A stretch of DNA of 64,000 nt from Antedon mediterranea. Taxonomy: Eukaryota; Animalia; Echinodermata. Made by a program: the position numbers and the translations under genes. The stretch is from positions 9,136,101 to 9,200,100 of the forward strand of contig NC_092677.1 of the NCBI RefSeq assembly GCF_964355755.1, written 5' to 3'. Within the stretch, counting starts at the first letter, position 1. Every line of letters starts with the position of its first letter. Below the pieces are notes generated by a model, which was given only the letters and a program-made list of their open reading frames with translations, was not told the origin of the DNA and did not search any database. Shown here in pieces: positions 27,001-39,910 of the stretch.

Positions 27001-30000
27001 ACACTATTGCATGTTTAGCTTTTTGTAAACATTTTGAGAATTGTGTGCAACTCGAGTCTGGCAACTGTTCGATTATCAAATCTTTGAATAACAGTATGTG
27101 CCATTCAGTATCTAGTGCATGCATGGTATGTTCTACTTAATGACTCTATTGCATGTTCAGCATTTTGAGAATTGTGTACATCACAAGGTTTGTGACTATT
27201 CAAGAACAAACTGTTGTACCTCACTGCCAAAATCCAAGTGCTGATTTTTTTAATAGCTTGCTAACTGTACACCTCGACATTGATTCAAGATGGAAGGAGC
27301 AATTGATAGAAATCATAAATATTTTGTATTGTGAATGGGGAGAATATAATTTACCTTTATTGCACCCTCTCATTGAATAGAACAATCACATGAAAGTATT
27401 CTTTCTATTCAATATCTAAAATTTAAATTTCTTTTTAGGTTCAACAAAAAGACATTCTTGATTTTTTTGACAGAGTATACTGTAGTGTAAATTTTTGGCA
27501 ATCAATAGATAGAATTTCCAGAACACAAAAAAAAAAACATTTTACAATAGACGATCCCAGTCTATCATGTAGTTGCAAAATTTACCTTGTTTCTTATCTG
27601 GATGTCTAGCTTTCCAACAAACTCATTAAATATTATTATTTGTATTTAAAAAAACCCTTTGCCATCAGACACAAGTGGTTTTAATTTGTATTTTTATGTG
27701 ACCTGCTTTTCATTGTTTTCAACTTACTATACAGTATGAAAATTCAAACAACTTTTTAAGATACATAATGGTATTGGTAATGATTCTTCATAATGTACCT
27801 AGATTCTACTGATTTGGCTTGCATTGTTTGTTGGTGTCTACGAAATAAAAATTGTATATAGCAATAGTAATTAACGTTTAGTTGGGGGTTTTTGGTTGCA
27901 TTATTTACTAATAAATAATTCTTTCATAGCTTGCATAAACACTGATTCTAATTTTGGAAAATTCCTTGCAATAGGCTGAATTTTACGAATTCAGAAAAAA
28001 TTATATTCTGTTTTTAATTAAACTACAGTAATTATTTAAGATAATATTTTGGAGTGTTATTCAAAGGGCTAAGGGATCATGTCAAAATTGTCCTCCTGCA
28101 GTTACTGCAGTAATGACATTTTCAAACTGCAATAACGTATGATTTTAGTTTGTAAAGGTTCATGATGAAGTTACTGCAATAATCGGCATTTTCTAAAGAA
28201 AGCTTGCTAAAAAATAACAAACGAACAACATTTGTTACTGCAGTAATTAAAGTAATATATTTTAAACATGGTCCCTTATAATAATGCTCAAACTGATACA
28301 TGTAATTACATTTTATGTTTTGGTTCACACACATCCAGGGCACTAGGATTTGGATTGGGGGTGTAATCGCTTTTCTTGCCTTGTGTCAAATCCTCACGAG
28401 TTAACGTGGGCGGGTTTGTCAAACTGTCTAAACATTATCCTTGATCAAATTATAAAAGGCAACTAGTTTTAATTCTTGAAGACTTTTAATTCTTTAGTTC
28501 TTTACAAAGTAAAATATATAACTATAATATATATTATTAAGTGTATTATGGCAGTAGTAATCATATTTTAACTGCAGTAAATAATCTTTTTATAGTACTG
28601 TACAGTACATACTTTTTTAAGTGATTAATTAAAATTTAAAAAAACTTTTTAGCAAAGTTCAAAATTATCTGATGCAATTGTTGTGTACACTAGTTGATTT
28701 CTTCTGCAATTTACTTCAGTAATAAAGGGACCATAGAGAAAACATTGTACTTTTATATATACTATTTTATCCTTTAATGTTAAAGATTTTTACTGCTTTT
28801 CTGTTTTAAACTGTTAAATCCCGGAACACATTAAATGACGACAGTGCATTACACTTACAATGTGGCCATCCAGGGCTAAGAATTTGATGGTAAAATGCAA
28901 CAAGAGGCCTTGAAACATGGAGTCAACCAAATGGCAAAATCAAGTTCAAATTTCAAAATAAACTTTAAACTTTACTGTACTTTCACAAGGTCTTTATAGA
29001 TACTTTATGAGGCTGAGGTATGTCCACTTTAATGTACAGTAGTAGTGAATTCGCGAGTGTTGGCTTATTGTGTAAAAGGGCTCAAACGGCAAAATCTGTA
29101 ATGCTGCCTCTAAACACAAACTATGTAATAATACGATCGCAGTCGTAAACCTTATCTGTTAAGGTATGAAAGGAGTCACTCTCTAAAGTCTAGAGTACAG
29201 TGTAGTAGCAAAGCACAAGAAAACAATCGGTCAAAATCACTTGGTTCTTGGTGTGATAATCACTATTGCAAATCAAACAGGGCTACTAAATAGAATTGGG
29301 TCAGGTGAACAACAAGTCCCCATAACTGTTGTAACATCAACAGTAGCTACATTTGAACCAAAATACAAGGATAACCTTTACTCATCACGCAAGATGCCTC
29401 GGGTTCTTTATACTACAGCATCTATGAGTCATATGTGTAACCTGGACTTCCATTTTAAATTGTTTTCCCGAGAAGACTTGTTCCACCACTAGAACTAGAA
29501 CCTGTGCCGATTATTATAAATTTGTTTTGCAGCACCTCTGCCTTAAGCGATTAACTTGGCCAGTAAGAAGACACTTTTTGGGTGCCGCAAGTGTCCACTT
29601 ACAGTAATTGTACAGTAAAAATTACTAAACCACTAAATCTGCAGCAGTTGTCAACCGAAGTTGCACAAGGCATTGTAGGAAAGTAGAGTAGGAAAAAATA
29701 TAGTAAAAAAATATGAAGTAAAAACCTCACCTGTTCTTGTTACACTGGAGCTGCGTGACCCACTGCCATGAGACATGTTCTCCCAGTCGGCATCACAGTC
29801 AGTTGAAAGCTCGCCCCGCAGAGTTTTCCCATGCATGGACAGATGTCGAGAGCAATATCCACGGCGTTGAGATTCTTTGCTGCAGCCTTCTCTTGAGCAC
29901 AATCGCCGCCATTGCTTACCGTTATATTTCTTACGAACTCCATTTGGTGTAGTTACCACATCACCTTTTTTAAATTTAGCAGGTGGCGATATTGGAGAAA

Positions 30001-30988
30001 TAGAGTGAGACGATGATGCCGTACTGAGGTTACTTGCATGTCGTCGTCGAAAGGAATGATGCGGCCGACCCATTACTGATGGAGACGAAGTGGCCATAGC
30101 AACTTCAGGGGTTATTGAAGGGGATTTACCTATTAAGTGAGTTCCTTTATCAAACCGTATTTCTTTTTGTAGTTCGCAATCGGATCCTTCCGATGCACTG
30201 TCTGTTTCTTCATCTTTCTCGTCAGTTCGTGCAGACTGTTGCGGACCGTAAACAAGTTGACGGACTGTTCCGGTAAATGTGTGATTTCCCAACTGCCATG
30301 GAGTTCTAATCAATCGTATTTTAGACAATGGCACTGAAAGTTCGGAAACTCCGAAATGTTTCTTTACTTCCTCTGAAAAACGAACTTGTGCGTGATTTTC
30401 ATTGTTTAGGACTTCAACAACACATTCGCAAAATATCTGTTGATCTTTGCTAACTTGAGCAAGAACATGCAAACCAACAGTGACATTACTTTTGTCTGGA
30501 TCACTGTCACGAACAACTCCAACATTTGTACTTGAAAAAACATCTTCAAAATCTACAACTTGTCTGTCGGTTTCAAACTGTACACTTACGTCTCTATTCT
30601 GTCTACAATTTTTAATAACGGCTGGCATAAATGTAAAGCCGCGTTTCGCAAGTACCCGACGATTCCGAAAATCTTTTAAATCAAGAGCGATTTTTTTATA
30701 AGGAGGAGTAGACATATCTGGACTTGGTCGCTTTGATATAGGAAAATCTTTGGTATGTGTTAAAGTAGTTTCGTCGCTCTTTTTTAAGTCACTTGATGTA
30801 ACATCTGTAGCACTCAATGTCGAACCGTCTCCGTTTTTACACGATATTGCATCTTCATTTACCTTCCCATTAGTTATTGATTGCTGGTCTAAAGGTACTG
30901 TTGAGTTAGGTTCTGAAGAGTTATTCTGGCTGCCCACTCTGTTTTTCAAGCGCTTTCGTCTGTCACTTTTCCTTGTAGCATGGGACAT
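6002..30988 (-). CDS. CIC: Protein capicua homolog, long isoform (HMG-box transcriptional repressor), ~2470 aa, 17 coding exons
   Basis: Phase-consistent exons, 5' to 3': 30988-29731, 19000-18068, 17551-17411, 16743-16583, 16444-16262, 14766-14640, 14083-13989, 13573-13496, 12994-12862, 12505-11008, 10547-10399, 10286-9484 (NAGNAG alternative 10289), 9237-8918, 8568-8423, 8065-7901, 7551-7435, 7107-6002; total 7413 nt. Motifs: Tudor-like region and N1 ([43 protein letters not shown]); [17 protein letters not shown]; ATXN1-binding VFHWHSLIP; RSK/14-3-3 site KRRSQSLS; HMG box [40 protein letters not shown]...[14 protein letters not shown]; C2 ERK-docking [18 protein letters not shown]; C1 [22 protein letters not shown]...[15 protein letters not shown]. 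Confidence 0.97.
6284..6433 (-). repeat. Coding tandem repeat in the last cic exon: 10 x 15 nt with a 45-nt higher-order unit
   Basis: Encodes [50 protein letters not shown]. Confidence 0.85.
8223..8370. mobile_element. Short hAT-like non-autonomous element in a cic intron
   Basis: Termini CAGGGTT...AACCCTG with internal TTCCAT(A/G)AC-like repeats; TSD not resolved. Confidence 0.45.
19210..19535 (+). mobile_element. Degenerate tRNA-derived SINE in the large cic intron
   Basis: A-box-like head, B-box-like GGTTCAATTC near 19269, central GCACACTAAAGGACC...AGTAGGGG...CCCTGGTGT block resembling conserved SINE central domains, and an A-rich tail (AAACCAAACAAA). Confidence 0.55.
21100..21340. repeat. 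Tandem repeat, 85-bp unit x ~3
   Basis: TTTAACTGCAAAA(T/G)GTCTGAATGCACTATCCAG at 21125, 21210 and 21295. Confidence 0.85.
21660..22404. mobile_element. ~745-bp non-autonomous DNA transposon, Harbinger-like
   Basis: TIR GGGCGCGTTTATACAACAC / GTGTTGTATAAACACGACC; interior richer in GC and CpG than the flanks. Confidence 0.65.
23042..23266. mobile_element. MITE with GTTTCC(A/G)CAGCCAAAA terminal inverted repeats
   Basis: TGTTTCCACAGCCAAAA at 23044 and TTTTGGCTGCGGAAACA ending near 23265; internal TAACCGATAATT repeats. Confidence 0.6.
23734..24146. mobile_element. Tc1/mariner-type (pogo/Tigger-like) MITE
   Basis: TA-CCGTAAA...TTTACAG-TA termini, with internal (TCG)AAAAGAAGCC motifs in both orientations. 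Confidence 0.55.
26815..27180. repeat. Tandem repeat, ~140-bp unit x ~2.6
   Basis: TGTGCCATTCAGTA at 26817, 26959 and 27097; CATTTTGAGAATTGTGT occurs three times. Confidence 0.85.
28070..28278. mobile_element. MITE (GGGA(T/C)CATG TIR family), with partial copies at ~3788-3830, ~34995-35150 and ~61200-61340
   Basis: TAAGGGATCATGTCAAAA / TTTAAACATGGTCCCTTA termini; shared CTGCAGTTACTGCAGTA...TGCAATAAC core in the other copies. Confidence 0.7.
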
Positions 30989-32975
30989 TTTTTGCGTTAA
31001 CCACTGACATCGAAACAGCTAGTAAGATTGATTTAACGGAAAATTCCTAAAATAAAGCAAACCAATTTTTACAAAGATTTCAAATAAATACAAAAGGTAA
31101 GTTAATACTATCTTAATAATTTTCTTTCTAAAAAGTTTCAAATTAAATCGATTAAATTTTCCATGACAACAATGAGGGGGAACATGTTTTAATATTAAAT
31201 TCAACCTCTATTTATGGGACATAAATTAAGGGACATTTTTTGGATTCCAAAGTCTCATTAGGGGTTCTAGTCACAGTGTATCCTCAATTTTCTTTCTAAA
31301 ACCTTTCCTTGTACAGTATCTGAACCCTTCCTTTGGGACCTGTGAAAAAGGGACAATGTATGTTTTGACACTATGGCCAACCCTATTCAGGCCCCTTTGT
31401 CGGGTCCTGAAAGTGTCCCAAAAATAGGGGATTCTATTTTAATTGATGTAAAACTTTTTTTCCCAGTTTTTTTTCATAAATAAATCAGTTAAGCTCCACA
31501 CATAGATTATGATATCTATTCAATGTGTTGTCCAGTAAAAATCGTTAGTAGGCTACAAGTCATCGTTTAATACGCCCACGGCTTTATGTAAGGAAACTGA
31601 TTCTAAAACTCAGACAGGCCAGGAACTCTTGATAAATTTAAGGTTTGAAAAAATTATTGGACTCAAACTGAAATATAGTTTGAGCATGGTACAATAATAA
31701 TTACACATTACATTTGACTTTCAGTCAGACATCATCACATGTTCCCAAAATGTCTCCGTTTATCAATGTAGCAGTTTTATGTACTCATATTAAAAGTCAT
31801 TAAAAAAAGTCACAAACTTCACAACTGTAAAGTAGAGTAATAACAAAGTACTATATACCTTAGGTATAAGTCCACATTTTTTTAAATAAGCCCACCTTAA
31901 AATTTGGATTGTTCTGCCAAATACTGTACATGTAGGTAATTAATACAGTGGGCCATTTACTTGGGTAAAACTTTAAAAGCAAAATTGTTCATTGTTCAAA
32001 GGGAAAGCATGAATGACCATGGTACTGTACCATGCGATTTATAAATAATGCAAAATACTATTTAAGGATGTGAAGATAAATAACTGATTGGAAACATTAC
32101 TTTGTTTTTGAACAGGATTTTTTTCTATGGAAGTGATTTACTTAACAAAATGGCCTACCGTATTCAAATTATTTGATTTTATTAATCTTCATTTTTCATG
32201 TTCTTGGGAGACAATACATCATTATAGTTTGTTCGTTATTGTTAAATGTACTCAGTACACAAAAAGTGACGTGAATATTTGTACTGTACAGTTAGTTTTT
32301 CAAAAGATCATCAAATAAATGCAAACATGAAGATATTTATTGACACAACTAAGCTGTCTTATTACATATCAATATAACATTAATATAAGACATTTGTTTA
32401 TTGATTCACATAAACTAAGTATGTTCTCTTTTTATACTCTTTGTCTTATTACAAGATAAATATTGAAGAGAATAACGATCAAAAAGCGCAAATAACATTC
32501 CTAGAACGCCACCCACAACGTCTATGCCGCCATGATACATATCCTCCCATGATTCATATCACATGACCGAAATAATTATGTGAAATATTAAATAATAATT
32601 GATAACTACCTTTCTAAAATAAGGTAAGTGTTTAAACCTTTAGCATTGTTTATTATTAGTCAATAATGGTTTTTGGTAAGAAAATGTACAGTATGATGAA
32701 GAACATGTAGGGTATAATAAATCAAGTATTGTGCCTAAATTAGTTTAAAAATGCATATTACAGAAATTGAAGAAACATTAAAAGGAAGTAAGGCTGAAAT
32801 TCATTATAATGTCAATATTATATACAATTTTTATAGTAAGTAGTAGTTTAGTACAGTATGTACAGTATGATGTGATAATATTCATACGCAAAAGATAAGA
32901 AAGTCTTACTGGTGTTTTCACTAGCTTTGCTTTCTTGGATTTTGCACCTCTTTGTTACCAAAGTATTGTGTTTTA

Positions 32976-33085
32976 AGCTCTGTCTGCACTCCCATATATG
33001 GACACGATGATGTCATATTACTATCATATTTGGGCACATCACACTTTTGTTATCAAACTAGTTTAATACTAGTGTAGACAGAACT
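32976..33085. mobile_element. ~115-bp MITE family, copy 1
   Basis: AGCTCTGTCTGCACT...AGTGTAGACAGAACT termini; related copies at 51180-51309, 60757-60868 and 61866-61920. Confidence 0.7.
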
Positions 33086-33129
33086 TGACTATTAATATTA
33101 TGAATAAAGAGAAATAAAATGTTCCTTTA

Positions 33130-33305
33130 AGGCCAATTTACACAGACAAGTGGTTGGTTAGCGGAAAACTATGTAGCTTGTCCCACATAGAATCTGTATC
33201 TATCCTAAGCAGAAACAGCGCCACGTGTAAATGGTCATAAGGAATAACATAAATTCTATATTTTTATTACTGTTAGTGTTACCACTCATTAGTGTAAATT
33301 GGCCT
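33130..33305. mobile_element. PIF/Harbinger-like MITE
   Basis: Perfect TIR AGGCCAATTTACAC / GTGTAAATTGGCCT with TTA on both sides. Confidence 0.8.
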
Positions 33306-33507
33306 TTAGGCCACAAAGGAACAAAAATTGCAGAAGTTAAAACAGCAGAGAAGATTATAAGAATAGAAGTTATAAAGTTTTCATTAAGAAAAGTCACTGA
33401 CTTGGTGTTTATATACTGTAACCAGTAAGTATAATGGACAAATAGGAGCCCACAACAGGATCTGATTAAATAATTGATAGGTCCTGAAGGTAAATGAATA
33501 TACCATT

Positions 33508-34384
33508 GGGCCCGTTTCTGCTGCCAACCCAAAATATACCGTATAAATATACCGTATAAATATACCGTATATGAAATTCGTGCACCGTTTCCGCTGCACA
33601 TACTTCGTGGGTGGGTTGTAAAAAAGTTGGCTTTCATTACCCAAAATGCATTTCGTGAGACGGAAGTATGGATTGACCTAGAGTCTCGTGTAGTGAGGTT
33701 ACATGACAGCATTGCTTTCTATTTTAAATCTAATGAGCAGAAGTGGCAACGAATTTACACCGCACATACAAGCACAATCTAGAAATGTCACTATAAATAA
33801 ACTCTGTTATTCAAATTGAGTTTATATTATGCTATATTATCCTATATTGCCGTTTTAATTTCCATTTTCTATTATACAGTATTTTACCATGATTTTACAT
33901 CACGTTGTTGTCGTGTAAGAACATTCGATTTATTGTAATTAAAATCTCGGTATCTCTTCTGTTGCCATGCAGTCTCCCCCCCAACCTTCGCTTCCCCCCA
34001 CAATTGAATTGCAAAAATAGTGATTTGTTCGGTCCACAGTGACATTTTGATCTGTTGCTTGCTTTTACACGTGTGTTTCAACTTTCAATGCAGCAGAAAA
34101 ACCAAAACAAACGCGTCGCGCTCTGTTAGTTTTTGACCTCGTGTCACGAGTCGGGTCACATTTACGGTATATTTTGAGTGCAGCAGAAATGGGGTACGAA
34201 ATATACGGTATATTTTGGAATATACCGTATAATATCCACAAACGATGGGGATATTTATACGGTATATATACCGCATATATATACGGTATATTTTTTATGA
34301 GACCCATTTCTGCTGCCAAAAAATATACCGTATATAAAATATACCGTATATATACGGTATATTTTTGGCAGCAGAAACGGGGCC
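33508..34384. mobile_element. ~880-bp non-autonomous DNA transposon with subterminal repeats
   Basis: TIR GG(G/C)CCCGTTTCTGCTGCCAA, ATT on both flanks, many ATATACCGTAT / ATACGGTATAT subterminal repeats and internal TIR-like copies. Confidence 0.8.
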
Positions 34385-37300
34385 ATTGACTAGATCCTTT
34401 ATCACCAAGGACAACATGATTGCAGACTAAATACAGGGAGGAGTAAATCTCCATGTAAATACAGTACACACTCATCATGAAGTTTGTTGTAAATACTTTA
34501 AATATAACTACAAAGCTTATTGTTTTTGTTTAATATATTTTCACATTAATATTACCAATACTCAAATTTGTACAGTATTTATGAAAGTGGAAGTCAGGTA
34601 TATTTTTCAAATATGTTTAAATTTGGATCACAATGCCTATTTAATTATAATTCATTTATTAATTAAGTTTATATTGATTCATGTTTGAATGCTATGAGTA
34701 CTGGTGTACTGTACCTTATATACTTGGAATTAGACCTTGGAATCTTGAATTAGATATCATTTCCTTGATTACTATAGTATACTGTCACTTTCCAAATATT
34801 TGAATTCCATTACATACATACAGTATGTACAACTACAGTATTTAACAAGTTGTGCCATACAATTCACAATCTACGATAGTATACTCATAGAGGACAAAAC
34901 AGGAGATTCTTTATAGATTTTTTCTTTTTGCGTTCAACTACTACTACTGTATACTATTGTAGTTTTTTTTCCTGTCAAAATCACTCTATTGTTTGTAGTG
35001 TTACTGCAGTAATGACATTTTTTACTGCAATAACATGTGATTTTAGTTTGTTTCAATATAGACGTTATGAGGAATTTAAACAGTTTTCAGTACTTACCAC
35101 AAAAGTTTGTAGCACTGCAGTTAAATTTGTAACCTACTGTTGCTACTGCTAGCATTAACATTTTCATACTTTAAATAGAATTCTCAGAGGACTAGATGTG
35201 CTTGATCTATTAGTTGAAACACACACCTGTGCTAAGCCTAACATCTGAGATTATACAGACCATGCATGTCATTTCCTTCGTATGTTATAAACATAAGCAA
35301 TGATTTTGTAAAGTACTACAGTAAAATAATAAGGGTGGCTGCACTTTTCTTGTCAAGGAAGATTTTTTAGTATTTAAACAAATATATAACAAGAAATATT
35401 TCTTAGAAAAAACACTGCTCGACATTTTAAAATTAATCATTGTTCTTTCTTCAGATATATTTATGATTAATTATTAAAAAGATATCCTTTAATCGCAAAA
35501 ATACTTACAAATCAAAGATAGTTCTTTAATTATGATTCACATGCCCATTTAAAAATGGTCAATTTTGAACTTTAATATGCTGTATGTGTGTGTGACCACA
35601 ACCTGTTGGCATGCAACTGAATACCCTCTATAGACAACGTGACTTCACAAAAATTCTTCCCAGTCTGTTGATTCGCGTCAACCAATCAAAGGGTGAGAAT
35701 CCAAAATCCCTCATAGACTCTCTTTTCCCAGCCGTTTTTTGGGTCCAGCAGCATCATAAATTATAGTCGAGTTTACAAAGTCCCAAAACTGTCGGCCTTA
35801 GATACTATAACTGCTGCTTGCTTTAGCTTATGAATGAGTAGTCCTCATAGGACGTAGCTGGCTAGAGAAGCAGCGTGAAAATTAAATTCAAGCAATTTGA
35901 AAACAAATTAAACAAAAGGATCTGCTTGTTGGTATTATTGGAAGTATTTTTTTCAATTGTTAAATTTTAATTTTCTAATTGTACTGTCTTACCCCAAACA
36001 AAGCAATCAGGAATGTAACTAGAGAAATTAAGGGGGATGTCAGTGGGAATTGGTGTAATACTGTAATGCTAACTTAAGGATGGATGTGAACACATTTAAA
36101 TTTGTAGTGGTTTTTAGGGTGGGTTCTGTGTTGAATTTGGGTAGTATGGTATAAGACTTAAAAATACAGTAATACTGGTTTAGGCCTTGAATGTGTGTAA
36201 TCCCCCTCCCCAATCCCCCATATCACCTATCCAATTAGAAAGGTCCAACATCAAATTTGAATTGTTAATTTAAAGAGGACATGAGAAGAATTAAAATATT
36301 TTTTTTCATTTCTATTTTTTTTTTTTTTACGCTATCACAGGTACAGGTAATATTACCTGCTCTGTGACCTTCTAGATGGTCTGACCCAGATTTAACTTTA
36401 GTGGGTATACAGTTCGAGGCCTGTTGTTATTCATGAAGAAAAATAAGACAATTTATTTGCTATTTAACTACAAAAGACCAAAAGTGCATACCACAGTTTG
36501 TCCTCGGTTTTGAAAATGATGTACAGGCATTAATTAGCTTAGATAAATTAATAAAATACTAATACTGTTTTATAAAATATTTAAGGTAATCAATATTTAA
36601 CTTACTAACTAGGCTACTACTAGTATCATTAACAACCAGGTACATAGTTCTTTTGTTTATGATTTGTTTATTGAGATTTGATGTCTACAGTGCAACAAAC
36701 ATAACAAATCTATCAAGTCTGGACATGTCAAATTCATGGGTGAATTATAACAGATATGAAAAAAATCATTCTTTATCTGTATTATATAAAAATGTAGGCA
36801 CATTTAATTTAATTTAGCCCTATTATTGGCCTGTCTAATCCGTAGTTATACTATAATAACATTTAAAAATAAGTAGATAGGCCCAGAAGGGATCTTGTAC
36901 ACCTCCATCATAGATAGGTGATAACTGATATAGGCATCTATCTAGGTAGTGTGGTATACATTACTTATTAGACATGTTTAGGGGCTAGCTAGGCCTACTT
37001 GTGTAATAACTAATATAGGCTAAGAAGGCCAGGTTAGGCCGGCTATACACATTACCTTGACAGGAAGATATATATCCTGATTAATACATTAGGCCTAAAA
37101 TAATAGGCTACTACTAGTACTACTACGTTGTGTTGAAATTACGACACTATTCAAGATGGTGACACGGTGTTGCGAAATAACCATTTCCAACACAACAGAC
37201 AGAAAAGGAAGCGGTAAAAATTCCCTTTAAAAAATAAATCGTACACGACACAATACGTCGTGTGTGTATTGCCGGATGGTATGTGTGTGTTGTGGCGATA

Positions 37301-37458
37301 CGATCCACAGAATGATCTCTGAACCATGTCGCATGAATAGGGGGGTTAGGAAAACTAAACAAACTCTAAATAACATACACGAAATTGAATAAAAAATTAC
37401 ATACTTTTCTATCAATACCAAGTGTACAGCTTAGGCCATGTTTAAATGCCTAACTTAC

Positions 37459-37960
37459 CTTTATAAAACAGTATTTAACTAAAATAAACGCAATGACGCC
37501 GTCATTTTCCACTACACGTCGATCAGTTCAGTCCCTAAAAAAGGTGAATGAGCATAGCCTAACACAAATACTGCAATCTGATTGGTCATACGGAAAGCAG
37601 GAGATCTAATTTATTCAGGAAACAACTCTCTAATTGGTCAAAAGATATTGATTTAATCTGACGAGCTGTTTATTGCATGCTTGAGCAGCTTTGACATGAC
37701 CTTGTATTTTCCCATTGTATGCTTATTAGGAACTCGCGTCGTAATATTTCACGACTGAAACAAACTAATTTCTTCTGAAAATGAAATTGATGTTTTAAAA
37801 TACAAATATGTAGAATGTTGAGAATTTTCAAAAGAATTGAAAAAGAATTAAGTAGAAAAATAATAGAACTTCCGTCGTAGTTCTAGCGATAACGTCATTG
37901 GGTACAGTAGCTGTCAATGACATGAAATAAACACGATTAAGTATTCTAGCCAATCAGCGA
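37459..37960 (-). promoter_or_regulatory. Probable cic promoter and non-coding first exon
   Basis: Strong minus-strand donor AAAG|GTAAGT at 37458; CCAAT boxes near 37581, 37633 and 37950; local CpG enrichment; matching acceptor at 31019 just 5' of the cic ATG. Confidence 0.5.
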
Positions 37961-38309
37961 ACGTTTTCAAAATAGTTCTTGTTGCTGAGTACGCTACTAT
38001 TACTACTAAAGTACTACGCAGAGTGGGTCAGCCATTGACAGATGGAGTAGCGAATCAGCTGATAGACGCGATAGGCTCATTCACTGAACATGTTTTTTTA
38101 CTACCCTGGACTCTGTGACGTAGAATGCATAATAAACACGAACAGTGATCGAGAATACGAACGCCTTTTCGGTTTAGCATCGACTAATTGTTTTTCATCT
38201 ACAGTATTCGATATGTGTACACTGAAACAAAAGAATTGATTTTTATAATAAGCCCTCATGAAAACATTATTATTAAAATTATATTTGTCTTTTATTTAAT
38301 TAAAGTCAA

Positions 38310-38339
38310 CTAGCCGTTGCCCGTTCAATATGGACAGGC
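38310..38339 (-). mobile_element. Helitron-type 3' terminus (hairpin plus CTAG)
   Basis: Minus strand reads GCCTGT-CCATATTGA-ACGGGC-AACGG-CTAG|T; the 5' end was not located. Confidence 0.45.
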
Positions 38340-39168
38340 ACCATCTTATAATGATTTTGAGAATGAAAAAGATAGTGCAGTAATTAGTACAATACAGTAT
38401 ACACAAATCTATAAATGGATGTACAGTATCCAGAGGTAAATTATACAGCATTTATATTAGAAGTTTAAAGGCATATTTATCTATATTTCAGTGTCTATTT
38501 TGTTTTCATTAACTCTAAAAGCAAGCAAATTGAAATACAATTTTGCAGTACCATGGCAAATAATTGTGGTAGCTGAAAATTGGCCGAGAATTACCGAACG
38601 TAGCATTCGTGGATATTTGTTGCATTCGTAGTGTATACCACAAACACAAGGTCTCCTACTATACAGAATGAGAAAATTCCATATGTAATAATAAAAATAA
38701 AAGTCATACTCAATTAATTGTTTGAATAAATCATATCCGATCAGGGCTTATCGTTACCACGCAGGGAATTCATTATTGAGGGCGACACATAGGCCTAAAC
38801 AATGGCTTTATCTGTACTTGCAAAAATTGAAACGCAATTATTTTCTCATCTAGATTTATGAGGTGGTTCACATTTTAGTCCAATTGACCTCTGATAAAGT
38901 TCGTAACTTTTGTCATTGACTGTTTATCGTACTACTTTACATTTTTATCACTTTTTGGTAACTTTTAAATATTTTTTCAAGCAATAGTTTACAGGAGTAA
39001 TTAAAGTAAAACATTCAATCAACCTCCATGATTCAATCTCGATACTTGGAATAATAATACAGTACCTGTTTTGCATACAATACCGAAAATATCTCAGCTG
39101 ATCCCATTGAGCTGATCCCTAACACCGACATTTTACGCTTGACTAATCAGCAAAAGGCGCAACAGGTC

Positions 39169-39183
39169 GTTGCCATGAGTAAC
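39169..39183. promoter_or_regulatory. RFX X-box in the CFAP68 promoter
   Basis: GTTGCC-ATG-AGTAAC matches GTNRCC-N(0-3)-RGYAAC. It lies upstream of a non-coding exon ending at the CTG|GTAAGT donor at 39405; acceptor at 39888. Confidence 0.75.
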
Positions 39184-39910
39184 CAGACGCTGCGATCAAC
39201 CAGTTGGTATTGTTTCCTTTGTTTATGGATAAACTTAGCAAGAGATTACGGTTGATACAAACACACATGGTGACAAACATCAAGCTTTAATGACATCGAT
39301 CTATTTTTGTGATGATTTTATCGTAGAAATTTGAAGGGCGATCCACTTTGTTAAACGACTTGTTTTCAACACTTTTTTTACACCGTTTTCTCATAATTAT
39401 AGCTGGTAAGTACAAGTATAACATAACAACTAAATAAATGTTACGTAGGCGTAAGTACTTGGTTATATTGTTGTCTTATAATCAAAGAACAAGGCTTTGC
39501 TGTATTTCTAACGTTCAAAATATCAACAAAAAATATTCACAATTTCTTTATATTCATACGCCTAACTAGTCACTTTAGGCCCTACTGTCTTGATACAAAG
39601 CAAAACAAATCATGCACAATTATTTGGAAAAATCATATCTTGATTTAATTTGAATTGTTATTTGAGATTGTTATTTTCCTTATTGTATCGTTGGTTGAGA
39701 AAAACGACGAACTCTACTCTTCCAATCAAACACCAATAGTTTGGGACTTGCTTTGTAGGAATTTGGCGGATTGTATTATTGGAAAAAATGGTTAAGATTG
39801 CTACAAGAGTTTCACAAGGTATTCTCTTTGTGCACAAACTTCTTTATTCAAAGTACTTTTAAATAGTTCATTGACATCAATATTTCAGGTAGAACGTTAA
39901 AATAATTATT

